Below are positions 46,022 to 55,307 of a DNA stretch of 64,000 nucleotides, in pieces. A program made the translations under genes and the position numbers. The stretch is from Bacteroidaceae bacterium (GTDB lineage: Bacteria > Bacteroidota > Bacteroidia > Bacteroidales > Bacteroidaceae): NCBI GenBank assembly GCA_017542145.1, contig JAFXXQ010000019.1:4669-68668 (forward strand). Direction: 5' to 3'. Below the pieces are notes generated by a model that made no database searches, had not been told where the DNA came from, and was given only the letters and a program-made list of their open reading frames with translations. The stretch's first letter is position 1. Each line of letters opens with the position of its first letter.

Positions 46022-46312
46022 TTATTTACTGATTTCCAGATAGCTTTTCAGGGCATTGACATAGTCCTCAAACGCCTTTAGCCCAGCTGGAGTAATGCGG
46101 CAGATAGTACAAGGCCTTTTGCCTTTATACGTCTTCTCCACCGCAATATAGCCCGCTTCCGAGAGTTTGTCAAGCTGCACACTCAGATTACCAGCCGTAG
46201 CGCCCGTCTGCTCTTTGATGTACGGGAACTCCGCTTCTTCAACACTTACGAGCAGCGACATCACGGCCAGACGCAACTCTGAGTGCAGCAAAGGGTCTAA
46301 TGGTTGAAACAT
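46022..46312 (-). CDS. small winged-helix transcriptional regulator
   Basis: 96 aa: LRLAVMSLLVSVEEAEFPYIKEQTGATAGNLSVQLDKLSEAGYIAVEK. Confidence 0.75.
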   Translation of the reverse strand: MFQPLDPLLHSELRLAVMSLLVSVEEAEFPYIKEQTGATAGNLSVQLDKLSEAGYIAVEKTYKGKRPCTICRITPAGLKAFEDYVNALKSYLEISK

Positions 46313-46324
46313 AAGCCAGCCCTC

Positions 46325-46951
46325 CTATTCGCGCGTTTGAATGTTGACGATGATGCCTGGGATGACAAGCCCGACGACAGCCACAGCTGCCATCACCAAC
46401 AGCTGCTCCCCGCCAGCGAAGCGCAAGGCAAGGAAGAACCCGCCGATGCCGGCAATAACGCTACAGATGGAGATGGCACGGTTCTTCAGAATGAGGCCGG
46501 TGGTGGTGCTTGCCATACCCAAGGCAAACGTGATGATGCTGGTGATGGGGATGATGTATCCCGAGGCGGGTGCTAGCGACTTAAATGACAAGACGCCCAA
46601 GCCAGCCAGACAGGTGATGAAGCCAAGGCCGCAACAGAAGATGCCGAACGCACTCCACACCTTTCCAATAACGCTTCCGATGATGTTTCTGGGCAGAGGC
46701 TCACGCCGCTTTGCCATCATTTTCTCGCCAGCCATCCCGATAATTGTCATGACAAACCAAAGGACGTTCCACACAGGCCCGCCGTGGCTTTTCCACAAAT
46801 AGGCAATCAGCACGGCAAACACCACCACTAAGCTACCCCACCAAATCATGGGCGTACCAGCATGTTTCGTCATAGCACGGCGGCTTTGCTCAATCGACTC
46901 GCGAATAATTTCCAAACTGCGCTCTGCAGTCAAGTTCTCATTTTCTTCCAT
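46325..46951 (-). CDS. hypothetical membrane protein co-transcribed with the wHTH regulator
   Basis: Start at ATG 46951 (MEENENLTAERSLEIIRESIEQ), then five or six hydrophobic helices. Confidence 0.65.
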   Translation of the reverse strand: MEENENLTAERSLEIIRESIEQSRRAMTKHAGTPMIWWGSLVVVFAVLIAYLWKSHGGPVWNVLWFVMTIIGMAGEKMMAKRREPLPRNIIGSVIGKVWSAFGIFCCGLGFITCLAGLGVLSFKSLAPASGYIIPITSIITFALGMASTTTGLILKNRAISICSVIAGIGGFFLALRFAGGEQLLVMAAVAVVGLVIPGIIVNIQTRE

Positions 46952-47153
46952 TGTTTTTCTTTTTTTGTAGTTAATCACTTCGTTTTTAATTCTCTTTGCC
47001 TCCCCTACCCTCCTGCAGAAAGGGTCGGTTCGGCGGTTTTGTGTTCGAATCACGGCGCAAAGATAAATCAGTTTATTTTATAAACCAAATTATTTTTCAA
47101 ATTTTTTTCTTATCTTGTTTTTTCTCCATCTTGAATACAAAAGTTTGTAAAAC

Positions 47154-47242
47154 ATCTACACAATCTACACAAACGTGGTACTTAACTGAATTATTGCCAT
47201 TTGAAGCGTGTAGATGGGACGTTTTATCTACACAATCTACAC
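47154..47242. repeat. ATCTACAC repeats (two direct doublets plus one inverted copy)
   Basis: atctacacaatctacac at 47154-47170 and 47226-47242; gtgtagat at 47208-47215. Confidence 0.75.
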
Positions 47243-47398
47243 GGTTTTCGGCGATCTCATGGAAAAAAGTACTATAGAAAAAAACTTTTCATACGGATAT
47301 TTTTGCCACTCACATAAACGGTAATGTTTCTTTTTGCCAGCCAATTGGACGAATGAAACGAATTGCTTTGGTTGTTTTTCCGACGTTTGACTATTTTT

Positions 47399-47449
47399 AT
47401 AAACAGGGGCCGTGTTTATATAAACAGCACCCCTGTTTATAGACAGCAT
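47399..47449. repeat. 21-bp tandem units ATAAACAG-N-TGTTTAT (2.5 copies)
   Basis: ataaacaggggccgtgtttat (47399-47419), ataaacagcacccctgtttat (47420-47440), agacagcat... Confidence 0.7.
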
Positions 47450-47583
47450 AGGCGGATAAAAAATTAGCGTAAGGGAATAAATAATTAGAATAGGCGAATA
47501 ATTGGATAGAGCAGGCGAATAAATGGGGAATTATGCTCGGCTCACCCTATCATCAAGCCTCTTGGGCTTTTAGGCTGCGGCTC

Positions 47584-47659
47584 GGAACGGACGGAACAGC
47601 GAGCGTAAAGCAAACTTGTTTGCTCTGCCGAGTCGTGATGGACGAAGACAAAGTCAAAA
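47584..47659 (+). repeat. copy Y of the TGCCGAGTCG...GACGAAGA repeat family
   Basis: ggaacggacggaacagcgagcgtaa-AGCAAActtgTTTGCT-cTGCCGAGTCGTgatGGACGAAGAcaaagtcaaaa. Confidence 0.7.
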
Positions 47660-47670
47660 TTGCAAATAAA

Positions 47671-47702
47671 CTTGCATTATCGCTCGCCTTGTACTACCTT
47701 TG
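47671..47702 (+). promoter_or_regulatory. candidate promoter of nhaC
   Basis: cTTG (47671-47674), 20 nt, TAccTTTG (47695-47702), 26 nt upstream of the ATG. Confidence 0.5.
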
Positions 47703-47728
47703 CGGCAAAATTGGAAAGAAACAAGGAC

Positions 47729-49126
47729 ATGAAGAAGTATCTTTCGCTGATTCCCTTTGCAGCACTCATAGCGCTGATTGCGACGTGTGTATCGGTCTTC
47801 GGGACAGACGCCTTGGACGGGGCGACGCAGGTTTCGCTACTTTTAGCCTCTGCCGTCTGCGCGCTGGTGGGGTATCTGGTGAGACGTGTAAAATGGGAAG
47901 CACTGGAGCGCGAGATGACAGCCAAGATTTCCAGCTGTATGCCCAGCATCATCATCCTTTTGCTGATAGGCGCCATAGGCGGCACATGGATGGTATCGGG
48001 CATCGTGCCCACGATGATTTACTATGGCGTCCAGATTCTGCGTCCTGAATGGTTCCTCGTCAGCAGCAGCCTGTTCTGCGCACTGGTAAGCGTGATGGTG
48101 GGCTCGTCGTGGACGACGGTAGCAACCATCGGCGTGGCGCTGATGGGCATCGGACGTGCCCACGGATTCGACGATGGCTGGGTGGCAGGCAGCATCATCA
48201 CGGGAGCCTACTTCGGCGACAAGCTCTCCCCTCTTTCAGACACTACGGTGCTGGCATCCAGCGTATCGGGCACGCCGCTGTTCACGCACATCCGTTATAT
48301 GATGAAGACCACCATCCCTACGTTCTGCGTCTCGCTGCTCATCTTCCTGGTAGCGGGATTGCTGATGAAGGTGGAGGGCAGCAGCGATGTGGGATTCCTG
48401 AGTCAGCTGAACGAGACATTCATGATTTCGCCCTGGCTCCTGCTGGTGCCTGTGCTGACGGGTGTGATGATTGCCCGTCGCTGGCCGGCTATGGTGGTGC
48501 TGTTCCTGGCATCGCTGATGGCAGCCATCGTGGCTGTTGTCTGGCAGCCAACGCTAATTGCCCAGATTGCGGAAGGAAGCTGGTACGAGGGCATCATGAA
48601 GGTCATCTATGGCTCCACGCAAATACAGACTGGCATTCCTGCATTGGACAAGCTGGTTCATACGAACGGCATGGCCGGCATGATGCCTACCGTGTGGCTC
48701 ATCATCTGCGCGCAGGTCTTTGGAGGTGTTGTCACAGCTACGGGGGTACTGCGCGACATGATGGAGATGCTGCTCCGCTTCGTTCGCGGCACAGCATCCC
48801 TGATAGCATCTACCGTACTGACAGGCATCTTCTGCAACATCGCTATGGCAGACCAGTTCCTGAGCATCATCCTCACCAGCTCCCTGTTCAAAGATGTCTA
48901 TCGCGAGCGCGGATATGAAACACGACTATTGAGCCGCACGTGCGAGGACGGTGCCACCGTCACCAGCGTGCTGGTTCCTTGGAATACTTGTGGATTGGTG
49001 CAGAGCACCGTGCTCGGCGTTGCCACGCTTGCCTATCTCCCCTACTGCTTCTTCAATTACCTCTCACCCGTAACCAGCGTGATAGTTGCCGCCACAGGAG
49101 GCATTAAGAAAGAAGTTAAGAGTTGA
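47729..49126 (+). CDS. nhaC: Na+/H+ antiporter NhaC family
   Basis: Polytopic transporter; LLLIGAIGGTWMVSGIVPTMIYYG is typical of NhaC. Start at ATG 47729. Confidence 0.85.
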   Translation: MKKYLSLIPFAALIALIATCVSVFGTDALDGATQVSLLLASAVCALVGYLVRRVKWEALEREMTAKISSCMPSIIILLLIGAIGGTWMVSGIVPTMIYYGVQILRPEWFLVSSSLFCALVSVMVGSSWTTVATIGVALMGIGRAHGFDDGWVAGSIITGAYFGDKLSPLSDTTVLASSVSGTPLFTHIRYMMKTTIPTFCVSLLIFLVAGLLMKVEGSSDVGFLSQLNETFMISPWLLLVPVLTGVMIARRWPAMVVLFLASLMAAIVAVVWQPTLIAQIAEGSWYEGIMKVIYGSTQIQTGIPALDKLVHTNGMAGMMPTVWLIICAQVFGGVVTATGVLRDMMEMLLRFVRGTASLIASTVLTGIFCNIAMADQFLSIILTSSLFKDVYRERGYETRLLSRTCEDGATVTSVLVPWNTCGLVQSTVLGVATLAYLPYCFFNYLSPVTSVIVAATGGIKKEVKS

Positions 49127-49133
49127 TACATCT

Positions 49134-49943
49134 CTACTCCGTCTTTATTGGCATCTTGTCAGACTCCTCATCCTCGTCGTGAAGCTCTTCCGGTTCGGGC
49201 TTACGGGCGAGGAGGATGCCTAGTTCGTAAAGGAGATAGAGGGGGGTGAAGGTGACCATCAGCGTGAAGGGGTCGCCGGAGGGGGTTATGATGGCTGCCA
49301 GCACCAGCAGAATGACGATGGCGTGGCGACGGTATCTGCGCAGGAAGGATTTGTCGATAACGCCCAGTCTGGACAGCACCCAGATGAGCAGAGGCAACTC
49401 AAACACAAGTCCTATGACGAAAATCATCATAAGGAAATTGTGCATATAAGAACTAAGGTTTATCTGGTTAGTAATCTCGCTACTGAGTTCATACTCCGTC
49501 AGAAAGCGAAACATAAAGGGAAAAATGATGCAATAGCTGATGAGGCAACCCAGATAGAACATGCCGGTGCCGAAAAGGAAGGCGAACCCGACGGGGCGCG
49601 ACTCGTTCTTATAGAGTGCAGGACTGACGAATTTCCACAACTCCCAGATGAGGATGGGGAAAGAGAGGACGAGCGCCAGCCAGAAGGAGGTGGTGACGTG
49701 AGTCATGAACTGCGAGGCAACATTAATGTTGATAAGCTCGCAGGAAAAATCGGGTTTGAAGATTGGCAGCAGCCGATAGAGAAAGAAATCGCCGTGCGTG
49801 GGACCGAGGATGACGGGGGTATAGATATAAGGCATGGCAATGAAACTGACGACCATGAAGATCAGCAGCACAACGACAATGCGGACCAACGACCCGCGAA
49901 ACACCTCCAAATGGTCCCAAAAGGACATCGACTTTTCTTCCAT
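49134..49943 (-). CDS. tatC: twin-arginine translocase subunit TatC
   Basis: MSFWDHLEVFRGSLVR... and six TM helices. ATG 49943 preferred over GTG 49967. Confidence 0.85.
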   Translation of the reverse strand: MEEKSMSFWDHLEVFRGSLVRIVVVLLIFMVVSFIAMPYIYTPVILGPTHGDFFLYRLLPIFKPDFSCELININVASQFMTHVTTSFWLALVLSFPILIWELWKFVSPALYKNESRPVGFAFLFGTGMFYLGCLISYCIIFPFMFRFLTEYELSSEITNQINLSSYMHNFLMMIFVIGLVFELPLLIWVLSRLGVIDKSFLRRYRRHAIVILLVLAAIITPSGDPFTLMVTFTPLYLLYELGILLARKPEPEELHDEDEESDKMPIKTE

Positions 49944-49967
49944 ACCTAGAACGTTCGCTTTGCTCAC

Positions 49968-50115
49968 TTATGAAACGCTACGCTATAGAACACTTCGTTG
50001 TAGAATGTTCGCTATGCTCTCTGGTAGTTTTTTCTACAGGAGGCGCAGCCTCCTTTCTAAAGCGTAGCGTTTTTCTACAGCGAAGCGTTCCACAGGCCGT
50101 AGGCCGTTTGACAGA
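49968..50115. repeat. repeat-rich, highly self-complementary 148-nt spacer between the TIM-barrel gene and tatC
   Basis: aaacgctacgct (49973) / agcgtagcgttt (50061); gaacacttcgttgtagaa (49988) / ttctacagcgaagcgttc (50073); ggaggcgcagcctcc (50039); ggccgtaggcc (50095). Confidence 0.6.
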
Positions 50116-50997
50116 TTATTTCTTATACGATGCTTTCACCCAAGGAGCGTTGAGCAGATAGTCTGCACTCTCCTTAACACTGGGATACGGATCACACTCC
50201 ACCTCGACGATGAGGTGCTCCAGTCCGGCCTCTTCGGCATGTTTAAAGATGGCGTCGAAGCCCACCATGCCGCTTTCGCCAAGCGTGCACTCATCCTTGA
50301 TGTGGAGCAGTTTGAAACGGCCCGGATAGCGTTTGAAGTAACTCACAGGAGCGACTCCACCCATGTTAGCCCAATAGACATCCATCTCAAACAAGACATA
50401 CTTCGGGTCGGTGTGCTCAATCATGTAGTCGTACATGACCTTGCCTTCTACTCTGCGGAACTCGTGCGAGTGGTTGTGATAACCATACTGGATGCCTTCA
50501 GCAGCACACATCTTGCCCACCTCGTTGAAGTAGTCGCAATAAGTCTGCAAGTCAGCAATCGTCTCGGGTACTCCAATACCAGCGGTAACGATGTAGCTCA
50601 TGCCAGCAGCCTTGTGAGCAGCAATAGCGGTCTTCCACCATTCCATGGCAGCGGTAAAGTCGTGGGCAGCCAATTCCTCACGGCTCAGGCCACGGCCTGC
50701 ATGCGAAGAGAGGAGCTTCAAGCCAGCCTTCTCAGCATTAGCCTTGAACTCTTCGGGCGTACTGCCGTAGAATTTGCCGTTGTCATAGCCAGCTGCTTCA
50801 AGCGTGGTGTAGCCCCAAGAGGCCACCTGCTGCATGATGGGCAAGTAGTTACCCTTGCTGCGATATAGCGTGTCGCGCATGGAGTAGAACTGCAGGCCCA
50901 ACTCTTTTTTCTGAGGAGTCTTCTGACTCGTGCCGCAGCTCACGAAAGTGGGAGCTGCAAGCACGAGAAGAAGAAGTAATGACAATGATTTTTTCAT
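50116..50997 (-). CDS. lipoprotein xylose-isomerase-like TIM-barrel protein (sugar phosphate isomerase/epimerase family)
   Basis: Lipobox TFVSC; TIM-barrel family body (LHIKD..., HNHSHEF). Confidence 0.8.
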   Translation of the reverse strand: MKKSLSLLLLLVLAAPTFVSCGTSQKTPQKKELGLQFYSMRDTLYRSKGNYLPIMQQVASWGYTTLEAAGYDNGKFYGSTPEEFKANAEKAGLKLLSSHAGRGLSREELAAHDFTAAMEWWKTAIAAHKAAGMSYIVTAGIGVPETIADLQTYCDYFNEVGKMCAAEGIQYGYHNHSHEFRRVEGKVMYDYMIEHTDPKYVLFEMDVYWANMGGVAPVSYFKRYPGRFKLLHIKDECTLGESGMVGFDAIFKHAEEAGLEHLIVEVECDPYPSVKESADYLLNAPWVKASYKK

Positions 50998-51013
50998 GAT
51001 TGTTCAGAAAAAA

Positions 51014-51829
51014 TTAGTCCATAATCTTGACACGGATGTTGCGGAAATAGACGTTGTCACCATGGTCCTGGAAGCCGATAAAGCCTTCGTGGTTATCGCC
51101 GCCGCAGTTGTTGAGGAGTTTGAAGGCGGTGGGCCAGGCTTCCTCGCTGAACTTGCTGGCCTGCAGCATCTCGGTCCACTTCGGAGTCCAGAGGTGATAC
51201 TCAAGGACGTTCTGACCATTCTGTCCGTGGACGACGGTGCCTTTATAGACCATAATCTTAGCCGTGTTCCATTCGCCAAAGGGCTTGGCGTTCTGGGGCT
51301 TGGCAGGAATCATATCATACAACGAAGCCGACTTGCGATTGCCATCAACACCCAGCTGTGCATCAGGATGGTTCTCGTTGTCGAGAATCTGATACTCAGG
51401 AGCGGAGATGTAGATGGGTTCATAGTGTTTGCCGTCGGGTGTCTTAACCTCCTGTGCAAGGTAGAAGACACCGGAGTTGGAGCCTTTCTCAACCTTCCAA
51501 TCAAATTCGAGCGTGAAGTTCTTGAACTTATGGTCGAAGATGATGTCGCCACCCTCGCTGGTCTGGCCTTCGCCAGTACCACTGCCCTTGAATGCAAGGC
51601 AGCCGTCAACGATGCCCCAGCGCGAGGGAACATGATCCTTACCGTAACCACGCCAACCATCGAGCGACTTGCCGTCGAAAATGGTGACATAGCCGTCCTT
51701 ATCAACCGTGAACTGCTTACCAGCCACTTCAAAAGCGACCTCCTTCTTGGATTCCTTTGGTTTGTTGCCACAGGAGACAGCGAGCAGAGCCAGGCTCATG
51801 CAAGCTAATACGAAAATGGATTTTTTCAT
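51014..51829 (-). CDS. DUF1080 (3-keto-disaccharide hydrolase family) lipoprotein
   Basis: Lipobox LAVSC; FDGKSLDGWRGYG..., EYQILDN, GFIGFQDHGDNVYFRNIRVK. Confidence 0.8.
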   Translation of the reverse strand: MKKSIFVLACMSLALLAVSCGNKPKESKKEVAFEVAGKQFTVDKDGYVTIFDGKSLDGWRGYGKDHVPSRWGIVDGCLAFKGSGTGEGQTSEGGDIIFDHKFKNFTLEFDWKVEKGSNSGVFYLAQEVKTPDGKHYEPIYISAPEYQILDNENHPDAQLGVDGNRKSASLYDMIPAKPQNAKPFGEWNTAKIMVYKGTVVHGQNGQNVLEYHLWTPKWTEMLQASKFSEEAWPTAFKLLNNCGGDNHEGFIGFQDHGDNVYFRNIRVKIMD

Positions 51830-51887
51830 TGTCTTGTTTTTATATTAATAAGGTATAACGTCATTTGCGAAAAGGCCATTCACAATT

Positions 51888-53375
51888 CTAGAACGTAGGC
51901 ATATCAGGCAGCGTCCAACCCTCGCGATAAGTGTGCTTGATGAGCTCCTGAGCGTAGGCCATTGCATTGACCTTGTGGTCGATGGTTGTCATCTTCGGGT
52001 CGCCGTCAATAACCTTCATCTCCGTCTGTTTCAGGTTGAGTTCCTCACCCTCACCGATGTTGGTGAAGCGCATGTTGAGGCCGTCCCACTGGAGAGGACG
52101 ATTCAAGCCCTGCAGACGCACGGCCAGCACACCCATCACGACCATTTCGTTGAACGGGCCGCTGAATGCGAAGTCGCTCTTGGTGGGAACACGGTTTTCG
52201 GGGCTCTCCTTGCAAGCACGGATCCAGTCCTGCTCGTGGCTGGTGCCGACACGGCGCTCCACCTGCGGAGCCTTGGGCACGCGGCCGGAGACGAGGAACG
52301 GCTTCTGGCCATAGCAGCCGCACACGAGGGTGTCCTTCGTACCATGGAAGATGGTGACACCACCGCCTTCGCGCATGAGGCTTTTGCCAGCTTCCCATCC
52401 CTTCGGGAATTCGGGCAGCAGACCTCCATCATACCAGTGAATTTCCACCTGAGGCATGTTGACCTTGTGGAACTTCTTGCGGGCGGGATAGGTAATCTTA
52501 ACATGCTGGGCATTGGGTGCACAGTCGGGGAACAGCGGAGTGGAGCAACCCTCAGCGCTGATAGGATAGAGCAGATTCAGCGACTTGAAGGCAACCTGCA
52601 TGATGTGGCAAGCCATATCGCCAAGAGCGCCCGTACCATAATCCCACCAGCCGCGCCAATCCCAAGGATGGTAGGCACGATTGTACGGACGATACTTAGC
52701 CGGACCAAGGAAGAGATCCCAGCCTTCAGGACCGCCAAGTCCCCAAGGAATAGGCATTTTCTCGGTGGGAGTGTTCAGGCCTTGCGGCCACAGAGGACGG
52801 TCGGTAGCGCAGTCTACGCGGGTAACTTCGCCAATCTCGCCGTTCCAAATCCACTCGCATACCAAATCAGAATCCTCGGACGAAGCACCCTGGTTACCCA
52901 TCTGCGTAGCCACCTGATACTTCTTGGCCAGATTGGTGAGCAAACGTGACTCATAAACGGTGTGGGTCAACGGCTTCTGCACGTAGACGTGCTTTCCCAT
53001 AGCAATGGCATTGGCAGCCACAATTGCATGGGTGTGGTCGGGAGTAGCGACGAGCACGGCATCGATGCTCTTGCCCATCTCATCATACATCTGACGGAAG
53101 TCTCTGTACTTCTTAGCTCTGGGATGACGTCCAAAGGCATCCTTCGCATAATCCCAGTCTACATCGCAGAGAGCGACGATATTGTCCGTCCTCTCCATGT
53201 TACGGAGGTTAGCATTACCCATGCCTCCGACACCGACACCAGCAATGTTTAGTTTGTCACTGGGTGCAATGTGTGCATGGCTCTTGCCCAAGATAGTGTT
53301 AGGAACTACGGTCAGGCCGATAGCTGCTGCCGTACCACGCTGAAGGAATTCCCTTCTCGAAATTTTTTCTGACAT
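51888..53375 (-). CDS. Tat-exported Gfo/Idh/MocA-family oxidoreductase
   Basis: Twin-arginine signal ISRREFLQRGTAAAIGL; Rossmann GVGVGGMG. Confidence 0.85.
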   Translation of the reverse strand: MSEKISRREFLQRGTAAAIGLTVVPNTILGKSHAHIAPSDKLNIAGVGVGGMGNANLRNMERTDNIVALCDVDWDYAKDAFGRHPRAKKYRDFRQMYDEMGKSIDAVLVATPDHTHAIVAANAIAMGKHVYVQKPLTHTVYESRLLTNLAKKYQVATQMGNQGASSEDSDLVCEWIWNGEIGEVTRVDCATDRPLWPQGLNTPTEKMPIPWGLGGPEGWDLFLGPAKYRPYNRAYHPWDWRGWWDYGTGALGDMACHIMQVAFKSLNLLYPISAEGCSTPLFPDCAPNAQHVKITYPARKKFHKVNMPQVEIHWYDGGLLPEFPKGWEAGKSLMREGGGVTIFHGTKDTLVCGCYGQKPFLVSGRVPKAPQVERRVGTSHEQDWIRACKESPENRVPTKSDFAFSGPFNEMVVMGVLAVRLQGLNRPLQWDGLNMRFTNIGEGEELNLKQTEMKVIDGDPKMTTIDHKVNAMAYAQELIKHTYREGWTLPDMPTF

Positions 53376-53426
53376 ACGGAATTGGATTAATAAAGTTAAT
53401 AAAAAAATCAGTCTATTCGATTGTAT

Positions 53427-53636
53427 TTACTTTTTCGAGTCGCTTGAGATATCGGTATCTATCTTCTCTATCTCGTCCTCCACCTCCTTCATTCCTTTCT
53501 TGAAACTCTTGACACCCTTGCCAAGCCCGTTCATCAATTCAGGTATCTTCTTTGCACCGAACAGGAGCAACACTATAATGAAGATGATAATTAATTCCGG
53601 CATACCGATACTGCCAAGAAATAGTGGTTGAATCAT
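53427..53636 (-). CDS. tatA: twin-arginine translocase TatA/E
   Basis: [38 protein letters not shown]. Confidence 0.85.
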   Translation of the reverse strand: MIQPLFLGSIGMPELIIIFIIVLLLFGAKKIPELMNGLGKGVKSFKKGMKEVEDEIEKIDTDISSDSKK

Positions 53637-53907
53637 AATTTTCTACATTTTATTGGTTTATACTATTTGTTTTTCAATTGTCAGTAACTTTTTCGTGGGC
53701 AAAGATAAACATTTTTCATTTCAACCGCAAAGATACATCATATATTTTAGAAAAAAAAGCAAAAGTGGAAAGAAAAAAAATCCTTTACACAAAACATGGA
53801 AAAACAACAGAAAAAAGGAAATAAATTTGGTATTTCGCGCAGATAGTAGTAACTTCGCACGCTAAATGTACCTTTGGAGGGTCTGAAAGCAGGAAAAGAA
53901 CAGTCTG

Positions 53908-54333
53908 ATGGCAGGGAAGATACGACATTCAGGTGTTGTGGAGAGCGTGGAAGCGAGCAAGTTGAAGGTACGCATTGTGCAGACATCAGCATGCGCGGCC
54001 TGTGGTGCGCGAGGTTTGTGCCACGCCGCCGAGAGCAAGGAGAAACTGATCGAAGCAACCGCATCCGATACGGGACGTTTCTCCGTCGGACAAACGGTGA
54101 CGATAGAGGGAACGTCAAAATACGGTCTGAAAGCCGTACGGCTGGCATTCCTCTATCCATTGATCCTGCTGATAACGGTGATGATTCTGGCTACAAAGCT
54201 GACGGATGCCAGCGAGCCTGTCAGCGCGTTAGCCGGTGTAGCTGCGGTAGCTGCATGGTACATCGGACTCAGCTTTTTCAAGGACAGGCTTCGTACCGTT
54301 TTTTCGTTCCACATTGTAAATGAATATTATTAA
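53908..54333 (+). CDS. rseC: RseC/MucC-family (SoxR-reducing system) protein
   Basis: Cys-rich N-terminus SACAACGARGLCH, two C-terminal TM helices, position upstream of rnfB. Confidence 0.75.
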   Translation: MAGKIRHSGVVESVEASKLKVRIVQTSACAACGARGLCHAAESKEKLIEATASDTGRFSVGQTVTIEGTSKYGLKAVRLAFLYPLILLITVMILATKLTDASEPVSALAGVAAVAAWYIGLSFFKDRLRTVFSFHIVNEYY

Positions 54334-54350
54334 GATAAAAAAAAATAATT

Positions 54351-55307
54351 ATGAATGTAATTCTAGTAGCAGTAATTGCGTTGGGAGTGCTGGGGCTGGT
54401 ATTGGCCGCAGTACTGTTCCTGATAGCGAAGAAGTTTGCCGTTGAGGAGGACCCGCGCATTGCTCAAGTGGCCGAGGTGTTGCCACAGGCCAATTGTGGC
54501 GGCTGTGGTTACCCTGGCTGTAGCGGCTTTGCTGAAGCCTGCGTCAAGGCTGCAGGCGAGGGCTCACTGGAGGGTAAGCTCTGTCCTGTGGGTGGTCAGC
54601 CAGTGATGGAGAAAGTAGCTGAAATTCTCGGCATGACGGCTGAGGCTGGTGAGCAACGGGTAGCCGTTGTACGCTGCAATGGTACCTGTGCCAACCGTCC
54701 CCGCACGACGCAGTACGACGGTGTCCGTTCCTGCCGAATCGCCCATAACACGGCGGGTGGCGAGACGGGATGCTTTTTCGGTTGTCTGGGCTGTGGTGAC
54801 TGTGTGGTTGCTTGCCAGTTCGATGCCATTCACATGAACCCGGAAACAGGGTTGCCTGAAGTCGATGAAACAAAATGTACGGCTTGCGGCAAGTGCACCA
54901 AGGCCTGCCCGCGTGGCATCATCGAGTTCCGCCCGATGGGCAAGAAAGGCCGCCGCATGGTTGTGCGCTGCGTCAACAAGGAAAAAGGTCCCGTAGCGAA
55001 AAAGGCTTGCGCCGCTGCCTGTATCGGCTGCGGCAAGTGCGTAAAGACCTGCGAGTTTGAAGCCATCACGTTAGAGAATAACCTGGCCTACATCGACCCC
55101 GCGAAGTGCCGTCTCTGCCGCAAATGCGAAGAGGCTTGTCCGCAGGGCTCTATTCTGGCCATGAACTTCCCGCCGCGCAAGCCGAAGACAGAAGCTCCAG
55201 TCGCTCCGAAGGCAGACGCTGCGGCCCCTGCCGTTGAGCCCGTCCAAGTCATTATCCCTACCGTTGAAACCGCGTCCAAGGAGGCGCCTGAAACCCCGAG
55301 CGTATGA
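54351..55307 (+). CDS. rnfB: Rnf complex subunit B
   Basis: N-terminal TM helix, CGGCGYPGC cluster, several CxxCxxCxxxCP ferredoxin motifs. Confidence 0.9.
   Translation: MNVILVAVIALGVLGLVLAAVLFLIAKKFAVEEDPRIAQVAEVLPQANCGGCGYPGCSGFAEACVKAAGEGSLEGKLCPVGGQPVMEKVAEILGMTAEAGEQRVAVVRCNGTCANRPRTTQYDGVRSCRIAHNTAGGETGCFFGCLGCGDCVVACQFDAIHMNPETGLPEVDETKCTACGKCTKACPRGIIEFRPMGKKGRRMVVRCVNKEKGPVAKKACAAACIGCGKCVKTCEFEAITLENNLAYIDPAKCRLCRKCEEACPQGSILAMNFPPRKPKTEAPVAPKADAAAPAVEPVQVIIPTVETASKEAPETPSV

Noticed and set aside
47533-48048. 171-aa ORF spanning repeat copy Y and the nhaC 5' region
   Set aside because: It runs through a repeat element and a good nhaC promoter, and overlaps the nhaC reading frame out of phase.
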